Under the pieces are notes generated by a model. That model worked only from the letters and a program-made list of their open reading frames with translations, did no database searches and was not told the origin of the DNA. Made by a program: the position numbers and the translations under genes. Positions 13,377 to 23,669 of a DNA stretch of 64,000 nucleotides are shown here, one piece after another. Location of the stretch: assembly GCA_038087875.1 (NCBI GenBank), contig CM075997.1, forward strand, positions 8,558,001 through 8,622,000. The letters are read 5' to 3'. Every line of letters begins with the position of its first letter. The stretch's first letter is position 1. This stretch comes from Malacoraja senta. Its lineage: Eukaryota.

Positions 13377-14311
13377 TTTTACCAATTTTAATGATCTTAT
13401 TTATTATGGTGCATTCATACCTCAGGACTCTGGTTATTTTGGGGGCATTTCTATTATAGACTTCCTTGGTAGTTCTCCTCCGCGATTGTCCTTGGAAAAA
13501 AAACACATAGATGTGACGTATTGTGATAAAAATAAAAAAATAAAAAGGTATATCAAATAAGTTTACGGTGTCTGAGTTTTCAACACCGTAGTGAGTGTCC
13601 CAATCGTCTGTGAGGTACGACATCGATATCGCTTCCGGCGTAGATGTTATGACGTTAGCTCCGCTGCCTTTATTACCCAAAACCTAGGGGGTCGGTACCG
13701 TTTCCAAATCAGTTCTATTTCACCCAGTTGCAGTATATATATATATGTTTCATTCCGACTTCAATTGTATTCAGTTACATATATTCCTCGCTCTTTATCT
13801 CTTAACTATTTTGAATTGGTTTTAATATTGTTAAAAGTGAGCTGTTCGCTGAAAGTGTTAACCGGAGTCAGGCTCCTGGAATTATGCCAGGTGCCTAATC
13901 TCCTCCCCTCCCCACTCGAGCTGCGGAACATATGTAATTACTGTTGTCTGCGTTATAAAGCAGGCAACACATTTTTATCAGTTTCAATTGCTATTTCTAT
14001 ATTAGTATTGTTAATTATTAGTTATTATTGATTCTCAATATTTTTAAAACTATATAAGCCATGTGATGTTTTTCGCTCTCAGCACATCAGATCGTCAGTC
14101 CCATGTTATCAGTCTTTCCTCGTTTGAGCACAGAGTGTCCTTGAGTTAGATGCCGCAATGTTCAAGGGGAGATAATAATGTCTAGACACGTCTCATGGAA
14201 AATCTGTTGCGTGTAATAATTTTAAAAGATTGATGTTCAGTTATTTCACTTTTCTTGTCATATTCTTGTTGGGGGAATAAGCAAATTAATTTGTTCATGA
14301 CGTCTTGGTGA

Positions 14312-15322
14312 TCAGTCTTCACTTGTTGCTGCCTTGGCCACGATTTCTTGAGCGTATTTAAGAGATTCTACCGAGTTAATGAATGTTTTTGACTTTCCCA
14401 TGAAAGTAATACGCATCCTGTCCGGATAATACACTCCACATATGACACCCTTGACAACGTAAAGAGCTTCTCTGGTCTGTGAGAACTTTCTTCTCTTTTG
14501 CACAATCTCGTAAGGGTAGTCCCGTAGGAGTTTAATAGAATCATTTCTGTACATCATCTCCTCTCCGTATTTGATTTTTTTCATCAGCGCTTCCATTGTT
14601 GGGATATCCCGAAGTTTAACTATGATCTGTCGTGGGTAGGCATGTTCTCCTTGAGATCTTGGTTTAAATCTGGGTAGTCGATGTGCTACTTCAATTACAG
14701 GTGCCTCAGGTAGTTTGAGTACGTGTTTAATTAGATTGGCAGTGAACTCACAAGCATTGTCCCCCTCAGCTCCCTCTTTTACTCCACGTATACGTATATT
14801 TTGACGTCTTGAGCGAGCTTCTAGGTCAACACATTTATCAGAAACTTTTGTAAGATGGCTCTTGAGGCTGTCTATTTCTAACTTCATCGTCTGCATCTCT
14901 CCGGTCATCTCTTCCACAACAGCTTCCAAATCTTTCACTGCAGTTACATTTGCAGAAACAGTTTCATGCACAGCCTCAAACATCTTTGTGGTCTCTTCTG
15001 CCATCTTATTAATTTTCCCCGTTAATTCTTCTTGCACATCATCAACTCTTTTTTGCAGAGCACCAATGCCCGCAAGTATTTTTTCATTACTGGCCATCAA
15101 ATTTATGTTTCCAACTTTCAAGTCATTTTTCAAATCTCTTACCGAGTTCTTTAACTCCTCCAATTCGGTTTTCTCTTTTGTGGTCATCTCAGTCTTAGAT
15201 CGTGTGTCCATTCCAGAAACCACTCCAGAGGTCCGTTTTGCAGTTTCTTGATGTTCCAGAGTCTTCAGCGATTGTTTTGTAACTTTCCTCTGTGGGCTTT
15301 GACCTGGAGACGTACTTTTCAT
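14312..15322 (-). CDS. L1 ORF1p (coiled coil, RRM, CTD), 336 aa, intact
   Basis: Long heptad region followed by DLEARSRRQNIRIRGVKE, EVAHRL, PRQIIVKL and YPDRMRI, typical of L1 ORF1p. Confidence 0.93.
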   Translation of the reverse strand: MKSTSPGQSPQRKVTKQSLKTLEHQETAKRTSGVVSGMDTRSKTEMTTKEKTELEELKNSVRDLKNDLKVGNINLMASNEKILAGIGALQKRVDDVQEELTGKINKMAEETTKMFEAVHETVSANVTAVKDLEAVVEEMTGEMQTMKLEIDSLKSHLTKVSDKCVDLEARSRRQNIRIRGVKEGAEGDNACEFTANLIKHVLKLPEAPVIEVAHRLPRFKPRSQGEHAYPRQIIVKLRDIPTMEALMKKIKYGEEMMYRNDSIKLLRDYPYEIVQKRRKFSQTREALYVVKGVICGVYYPDRMRITFMGKSKTFINSVESLKYAQEIVAKAATSED

Positions 15323-16131
15323 TTAAAATGACTTTCCCTCCGTTAAATTCACGGCGCTTACTGATGACGTCATCAGCGCCGCGACATGAGACTCCGGTAC
15401 GTTTTTTAAAACGGTCCCGACCTCCAGACCCGATTTTAACGCGAAAAATCGCGATTTTTTTCAGCGGAGCTAAAAAATTTGCGACTGCTAGCAAAGCATG
15501 GCGCCACCGGAAGTCCTTAAATTTCTTAAATCTTGCTGAACTTATTTCTTTTTATAGGAAGAGTTTAGTTTATTGTCATATGGACTGAGACATATGGTCA
15601 GCATGGTGTGATTCTGTTCAGTTTAGCTTTATTACCATATATTCATCTTGAGAACTTAGACAGCATGATTAGCAAGTTTGCAGATGGTACTAAAGTAAAA
15701 TTGGTTAGTACAGTGTCAGGGGTTATGGGGAGAAGGCAGGAGAATGGTGTTAGGAGGGAGAGATAGATCAGTCATGATTGAATGGCAGTGTAGACTTGAT
15801 GGGCCAAATGGCCTACGTCTGCTTCTACTTGTGAGAGAGTCTAGGACTAGATGTCATAGCCTCAGAATTAAAGAATTTTCCTTTAGGAATGAGATGAGGT
15901 GGAATTTCTTTAGTCAGAGGGTGATGAATCTGTGGAATTCTTTGCCACGGATGGCGGTGGAGGCCATGTCAGTGGATAAGGCAGAGAATTACGTAGTCTC
16001 TGAGAATTATGGTGAGGTCGGAGTCGGGAATTTTTTACCCCAGCAGCGCCAAAATTGCTCTACTCTATGATACACTACTCAAACTCCACCGTCCTGCTGT
16101 GCACAGCATACATTTTTGATAGCAAACAATG

Positions 16132-19100
16132 TTATAGAAACATAGAAACATAGAAAATAGGTGCAGGAAGAGGCCATTCGGCCCTTCGAGCCATTCAGTG
16201 TGATCATGGGTGATCGTCCCCAATCAATAACCCGTGCCTGCCTTCTCCACATATCCCTTGATTCCACCAGCCCCTAGAGCTTTATCTAACTCTCTCTCAA
16301 ATCCATCCAGTGATTTGGCCACCACTGCCCCTTGTGGCAGGGAATTCCACAAATTCACAACTCTGAGTGAAATAGTTTTTTCTCACCTCAGTCTTAAATG
16401 ACCTCCTCTTTATTCTAAGACTGTGGCCCCTGGTTCTGGACTCACCCAACATTGGGAACATTTTTCCTGCATTTAGCCTGTCCAGTCCTTTTATAATTTT
16501 ATATGTTTCTATAAGATCCCCCCTCATCCATCTGAACTCCAGTGAATACAAGCCTAGTCTTTTCAATCTTTCCTCATATGACAGTCCTGCCATCCCAGGG
16601 ATCAATCTCGTGAACCTACGCTGCACTGCCTCAATCACCAGGATGTCCTTCCTCAAATTAGGAGACCAAAACTGTACACAATACTCCAGATGTGGTCTTA
16701 CCAGAGCCCTATACAACTGCAGAGGAACCTCTTTACTCCTATACTGAAATCCTCTTGTTATGAAGGCCAACATTCCATTAGCTTTCTTCACTGCTTGCTG
16801 TACCTGTAAGCCAACTTTCAGTACAAGGACACCCAGGTCTCACTGTACCTCCCCCTTTTTTAGCATAACCCATTGAGAAAATAATCTGCCCCCTTGTTTT
16901 TGCCACCAAAGTGGATAACCTCACATTTATCTATATTATACTGCATCTGCCATGCATCTGCCCACTCACTCAACCTGTCCAGGTCACCCTGCAATCTCCT
17001 AACATCCTCTTCACAGCTCACACTGCCACCCAGCTTTGTGTCATCCGCAAACTTGCTAGTGTTGCTCCTAATTCCCTCTTCCAAATTATTAATAAATCTG
17101 GTAAACAGTTGCGGCCCCAACACCGAGCCTTGCGGCACTCGCCACTGCCTACCATTCTGAAAAGGACCCGTTCACTGCTACTCTTTGCTTCCTGTCTGCC
17201 AACCAATTTTCTATCCATGTCAACACCCTACCCCCAGTACCATGCGCTCTAATTTTAGTCACCAGTCTCCCGTGCGGGACCTTATCAAAGGCTTTTTGAA
17301 AGTCTAGATACACTACATCCACTGGCTCCCCTTCATCCATTTTACTTGTCACATCCTCAAAAAATTCCAGAAGATTAGTCAAGCATGATTTTCCTTTCAT
17401 AAATCGATGCTGACTTGGACTAATCCTTTTACTGCTATCCAAATGCCCCATTATTACCTCTTTAATAATTGACTCCAGCATCTTTCCCATCACCGAAGTC
17501 AGCGAACTGGTCTGTAATTCCCCGTTTTCTCTCCCGCTCCTTTCTTGAAAAGTGGGATAACATTAGCTATCCTCCAATCCACAGGAACTGTTCCTGAATC
17601 TATTGAACATTGGAAAATGATCACCAATGCGTCCTCTATTTCTGGAGGCACCTCCCTGAGGACGCTGGGATGCAGACCATCAGGCCCAGGGGATTTATCA
17701 TCCTTCAGTCCCATTTGTCTACCCAATACAATTTTTCGCCAAATGAAAATTTCTTTCAGTTCCACTACCCCCTTAGATCCTCTGTCCTCCAGCACTTCTG
17801 GGAGATTGTTTGTGTCTTCCATAGTGAAGACAGATCCGAAGTACCTGTTCAACTCTTCAGCCATTTCCTTGTTGCCCATAATAATTTCACCCATGTCTGC
17901 CTTCAAGGGACCCACATTTGACTTTGCTATTCTTTTTACCTTAACATATCTAAAGAAGCTTTTACTGTCCTTCTTTACATTCCTGGCCAGTTTCCCCTCG
18001 TACTTCATCTTTTCAGCCCGTATTGCCCGTTTTGTTTCCTTCTGCTGTCCTATGAAAGTTTCCCAATCCTCTGGCTTCAGGCTACTCTTTGCTGTGTTAT
18101 ACATCTTTTTTTTAGTTTTATTCTATCCCTAACTTCTCTTGGCAGCCACGGTTGCCTCCTACTCCCCTTAGAATCTTTCTTCCTTTTTGGAATGAAATGA
18201 TCCTGGTTCTTCCGGATTATGCCGGAAAAACTTTCCCTATGTGGGGCGAATCCAGAACCAGGGGCCACACTTAGAATAAAGGGGAGGTCATTTAAGACTG
18301 AGGTGAGAAAAAACTTTTTCACCCAGAGAGTTGTGAATTTATGGAATTCCCTGCCACAGAGGGCAGTGGAGGCCAAGTCACTGGATGGATTTAAGAGAGA
18401 GTTAGATAGAGCTCTAGGGGCTAGGGGAGTCAAGGGATAGGGGGAGAAGGCAGGCACGGGTTATTGATAGGGGACGATCAGCCATGATCACAATGATCAT
18501 GCACCTATTTTCTATGTTTCTATGTTTCTATGCCCAGAAATTCCTGCCATTGCTGTTCCACCGTCATTCCTGCTAGGATCCCTTTCTAGTCTACCTTGGC
18601 CAGCTCCCCTCTCATGCGTTCATAGTCCCCTTTGTACAACTGCATCACTGCCACTTCCGATTTAACTCTCTCCTTCTCAAATTGAAGATGAAAACTAATC
18701 ATATTATGATCACTACCTCCAAGCGGTTCCTTTACCTCGAGTTCTCTTATCAAATCTGGTTCATTGGACAACACTAAATCCAGAATTGCCTTTTCTCTGG
18801 TCGGCTCCATTACAAGCTGCTCTAAGAATCCATCTCGGAGGCACTCTACAAACTCTCTTTCTTTAGGTCCTGAACCAACCTGATTTTCCCAGTCTACCTG
18901 CATATTGAAATCCCCCATCACCACAGTGGCATTACCTTTGTTACATGCCAGTTTTAACTCCTGCTGCAACTTATACCCCCAAATAGTAGCCTGGATGTAG
19001 GGTGTGTAGATAACACCAATTAGTGTCTTCTTGACTTTACAATTCCTCAACTCAATCCACAGTGACTCTACCTCGTCAGTTCCTATGTCTTCCCTCACAA

Positions 19101-20865
19101 GGGACTGAATTCCATCCCCCACCAGCAGAGCTACGCCCCCTCCTCTGCCCACCTGCCTGTCCTTTCTATAGGATGTATAACCCTGAATATTAAGTTCCCA
19201 GGCCTGATCCTCCTGCAGCCACGTATCAGTAATCCCCACAATGTCATATCTACCAACCTGTAACTGAGCCTCAAGCTCATCTACTTTACTTCTTATACTT
19301 CGTGCATTCATATACAATACTTTTAATTCCTTAAAAGTATCTCACTTTCACATCGATCCCTATTACAGTTGGCCATACTCTCCTATCCCTTTGTGAGCTT
19401 TCTTTCCCATTAATTCTGGGGTAATTAACTATCCCTTTACTCCCTTTAACCCCATCCTTGACTATCCCATTTGACACCCCCCCCCCACCACCACCTCTTA
19501 GTTAGTTTAAAACCACCTGTGTAGCAGTGGCAAACCTGCCTGCCAAAATGCCTGTCCCCCACCTGTTAAGGTGCAATCCGTCCCTTTTGTACAGTTCCCC
19601 CTTACTCCAAAACAGATCCCAGTGGTCTAAGAATCTAAATCCCTGCCCCCTGCACCAGTTCCTCAGCCACACATTCAGGTCCCGTATCCCCCTGTTCCTG
19701 CTCTCGCCAGCACGAGGAACTGGAAGCAAACCGGAGTTAACCACCCTGGAGGTCCTGCTTTTCAGCACTTTTCTGAGCTCTCTAAAGTCACGCTTCAGAA
19801 TATTCATCCCCTTGTTTCCGACATCTTTTGTGCCAACATGCACTACAACTTCCGGCTGTTCACCTTCGCCCTTGAGGATTTTCTGCACTCTGTTCGTAAC
19901 ATCCTGGATCCTGACACCAGGAAAGCAGCACACCATCCTTGAATCCCGTCTGTTGTCGCAGAAACCCCTGTCCGTACCTCTCACAATGGAGTCTCCAATT
20001 ACAATGGCGTTGCCTGACATCAGCCTCTTTGGTTTTGGCTCAACAGCCCCTTTTGCTTCGCAAGCCAGTGCACCGCTCAGTGTGTTAACGTCTTTTGCCC
20101 CTTTAAAGTGGGTGAACCTGTTCTCAAGAGGTACATCACCCGGGGACCATGTTTCCATCCCTTTCTCACTGTCACCCACCTTCTCTCTTTCAGTACCTTA
20201 GTTGTAAAAATCTTACTGTAGGACTCATCGAGAAAAGACTCAGCTTCTTGGACGAACCTGAGGTCATCCACTTGCTTCCCCAACACGGTCCTTCAGGAGC
20301 TGTACCTGGATGCACTTCTCACATTTGTTGCAGCCAGAGGCACCTGCGGTGTCCTTGACCTCCCACATACTGCAAGCATCACACTGAATCAGCTTGCTTG
20401 ACATCTCCTTCTTTCGTTTGGTGTGGCATTCTCCCTCAGTCTCCTCGCCAAAGACTCTCGAGCCAAAGACTCACACTTTACTCACAAGACTCTTGAGCCA
20501 AAGACTCACAGTTTACTCACAGGGCACTTCCTTCACTGCCGCTCCGCTAGAGCAGCCTTGCTTATATTGACTGATAAATTGCCTAATTTACCAATTTACA
20601 ACCAAATTCCTCAGTTGTAAACTGTTTTTCCCCTGTGACTTACTTACCTTTCCCATGGGATTCAGCCAATCAGTTCTTCTCCCTGCTTCTCTTTGTTGCT
20701 GCTTGTTCAAACTCCACATAAGCTCAGTGCTAGGTCTAGCTGCCTTTTGACGCTCTTTTTCAACTGTTTTCCCCCTCTGACTCACCTCCCCCACGGGCTT
20801 CAGCCAATCAGTTCTTCTCCCTGCTTCTCTTTGTTGCTACTTGTTCAAACACCACGTAAGCTCTG
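16132..20865 (-). mobile_element. CR1 LINE (family A), full-length extent including 5' UTR, degenerate
   Basis: 5' UTR 20410-20865, ORF1 esterase (19502-20179), APE (18586-19317), RT fragments, and a (CATAGAAA)n tail at 16132-16160. Confidence 0.95.
18224..18528 (+). mobile_element. Short CR1 family-A 3' end nested antisense in the family-A copy
   Basis: CR1 3' end with a (TTTCTATG)n tail; TATGCC duplicated at 18218-18223 and 18529-18534. Confidence 0.88.
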
Positions 20866-21309
20866 ATACAGTTTGTTTCAGGCTATGCTTCACCAATCCT
20901 CACTATTTGAAGCCATTTCAGCCTTCAATGATGAACATTGCTTATCTCTGAGTGTGAGACAGGGAAAGGTGTGGGGGCCCTTCACTGGAATGGATGAGTT
21001 TTTGGGCCTCAATGCTTAATTTCAAATTGAGACGCAGCCGAGATTACTTCCAGAGACTTTTATTTTCAATCTTAGCAAGAATCTTTCCACATTTCACTAA
21101 ACTCCATGGAATTTTAAGAGCGATTTGGTCTGTTCCCTTTTTTGTGCCACTCCTACATAAACAATTTAAAGTCAGGCCTATTTTAAGAATATTATCCTTA
21201 TCTCTGATAGTGAAACTAGTCAGAGAACTAGGGTGGGAGAAGGACGGAGAGAGAGGGGAAGCAAGGGTTACTTGAAGTTAGAGACATCAATATTCCTGGG
21301 TTGCCTGGG

Positions 21310-21786
21310 TTTCAGCAACTAAGTTACAGAGAAAGGTTGAACAAGTTATGTCTTTATTCTTTGGAGCGCATAAGGTTAAGAGGGGACTTGATAGAGGTCT
21401 TTAAAATTATGAGCGGGTTAGACTGAGTTGACGTGGATAAGCTTTTTCCATTGAGAGTAGAGAAGATTCAAACAAGGGGACATGACTTGAGAATTAAGGG
21501 ACAGAAGTTTAGGGGTAACATTAGGGGGAACTTCTTTACTCAGAGAGTGATAGCTGTGTGGAATGAGCTTCCAGTGTAAGTGGTGGAGGCTGGTTCGATT
21601 TTATCCTTTAAAAATAGATTGGATGGGTATATGGACGGGAAAGGAACAGAGGGTTATGGTCTGAGTGCAGGTAGATGGGACTGGGGGGAAGTATTTTTTT
21701 TTTTTTTTTTTTTTAATGTTCGGCATGGACTTGAAGGGCCGAGATGGCCTGTTTCCGTGCTGTAATGGTTATATGGTTATATGGTA
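21310..21786 (+). mobile_element. CR1 (HER1-like) 3' fragment
   Basis: LSYRERL..SLERIRLRGDLIEVFKIM..FFTQRV..WNELP; ends GGCCTGTTTCCGTGCTGT plus (ATGGTTAT)n. Confidence 0.85.
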
Positions 21787-21794
21787 TTCATACC

Positions 21795-21990
21795 AAAGAA
21801 AGCTGCAGTAACTCAGCAGGTCAGACAGCATCTCTGGAGATAAGAAATAGGTGAGGTTCCTGGTGGAAACCCTTCCCCGGACTGTTCCTGCCTGCCGTTG
21901 GATAGATGCATGCTGAAGTAACTCAGCAGGAATGGCAGCATCTCTGGAGAAAAGGAATGGGTGACGTTTTGGGTCGAGACCCTTCTTCAT
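21795..21990 (-). mobile_element. Two tandem Penelope-like terminal repeat fragments
   Basis: AGTAACTCAGCAGG..CAGCATCTCTGGAGA occurs twice; minus-strand core TGAAGAAGGGTCTCGACCCAAAACGTC. Confidence 0.72.
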
Positions 21991-23668
21991 GGGGAACAAG
22001 GACATGGGGATCAAGGACATGGCAGACCAATTGAATAACTACTTTGGTTCTGTCTTCACTGAGGAAGACATAAATAATCTGCCGGAAACAGCAGGGAATC
22101 GCGGGTCAAATGAGATGGAGGAAATGAGTGAAATCCAGGTTAGCCGGGATGTGGTGTTAGGTAAATTGAATGGATTTAAGGCCGATAAATCCCCAGGGCC
22201 AGATAGGCTGCATCCCAGAGTACTTAAGGAAGTAGCCCCAGAAATAGTGGATGCATTAGTGATAATTTTTCAAAACTCTTTAGATTCTGGAGTAGTTACT
22301 GAGGATTGGAGGGCAGCTAATATAACCCCACTTTTTAAAAAGGGAAGGAGAGAGAAAACGGGGAATTACAGACCAGTTATTCTAACATCGGTAGTGGGGA
22401 AACTGCTAGAGTCAGTTATTAAAGATGGGATAGCGGCACATTTTGAAAGTGGTGAAATCATTGGACAAAGTCAGCATGGATTTACGAAAGGTAAATCATG
22501 TCTGACGAATCTGATAGAATTTTTCGAGGATGTAACTAGTAGAGTGGATAAGGGAGAACCAGTGGATGTGTTATATCAGGACTTTCAGAAGGCTTTCGAC
22601 AAGGTCCCACATAAGAGATTAGTATACAAACATAAAGCACACGGTATTGGGGGTTCAGAATTGATGTGGATAGAGTACTAGCTGGCAAACAGGAAGCAAA
22701 GAGTAGGAGTAAACGGGTCCTTTTCAGAATGGCAGGCAGTGACTAGTGGGGTACCGCAAGGCTCAGTGCTGGGACCCTAGCTATTTACAATATATATTAA
22801 TGACTTGGACGAGGGAATTGAATGCATCATCTCCAAGTTTGCTGATGAGACGATGCTGGGGGGCAGTGTTAGCTGTGAGGAGGATGCTAGGAGGCTGCAA
22901 GGTGACTTGGATAGGCTGGGTGAGTGGGCAAATGCATGGCAGATGCAGTATAATGTGGATAAATGTGAGGTTATCCACTTTGGTGGCAAAAACAGGAAAG
23001 TAGACTATTATCTAAATGGTGGCCGATTAGGAAAAGGGGAGATGCAACGAGACCTGGGTGTCATGGTACACCAATCATTGAAAGTAGGCATGCAGGTGCA
23101 GCAGGCAGTGAAGAAAGCGTATTGCGTACAGTTTTAGACTCCAAATCTGAGGAAAGACATTCTTGCCATAGAGGGAGTACAGAGAAGGTTCACCAGACTG
23201 ATTCCTGGGATGGCAGGACTTTCATATGAAGAAAGACTGGATAGACTCGCTAGAATTTAGAAGATTGAGGGGGGATCTTATAGAAACTTACAAAATTCTT
23301 AAGGGGTTGGACAGGCTAGATGCAGGAAGATTGTTCCCGATGTTGGGGAAGTCCAGGACAAGGGGTCACAGTTTAAGGATAAGGGGGAAATCTTTTAGGA
23401 CCGAGATGAGAAAAACATTTTTCACACAGAGAGTGGTGAATCTTTAGAATTCTCTGCCACAGAAGGTAGTTGAGGCCAGTTCATTGGGAGTTAGATGTGG
23501 CCCTTGTGACTATAGGGATCAGGGGGCATGGAGAGAAGGCAGGGGGCATGGAGAGAAGGCAACTGAGTTGGATGATCAGCCATGATCATATTGAATGGCG
23601 GTGCAGGCTCGAAGGACTGAATGGCCTACTCCTGCACCTATTTTCTATGTTTCTATGTTTCTATGTTC
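21989..23668 (+). mobile_element. CR1 LINE (family C), 5'-truncated
   Basis: RT motifs with stops; nearly colinear with 4306-6070; (TTTCTATG)n tail. Confidence 0.95.
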
Positions 23669-23669
23669 A

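Larger units (their letters stand above)
9205..15519 (-). mobile_element. Full-length L1-clade LINE (about 6.3 kb)
   Basis: Perfect 15-bp TSD AATTTCTTAAATCTT at 9190-9204 and 15520-15534; A-rich tail at 9205-9255; 5' end GGACTTCCGGTGGCGCCATG; ORF1 and ORF2 both present. Confidence 0.96.

Noticed and set aside
17545..18132. Recurrent long antisense ORFs over CR1 ORF2
   Set aside because: They recur only because CR1 copies are homologous; no independent coding signature is visible.
19502..20179. SGNH/GDSL esterase as a host lipase gene (also at 2400, 23860, 53174 and 59691)
   Set aside because: Always lies directly upstream of CR1 APE-RT; an esterase-containing ORF1 is an established CR1 feature.
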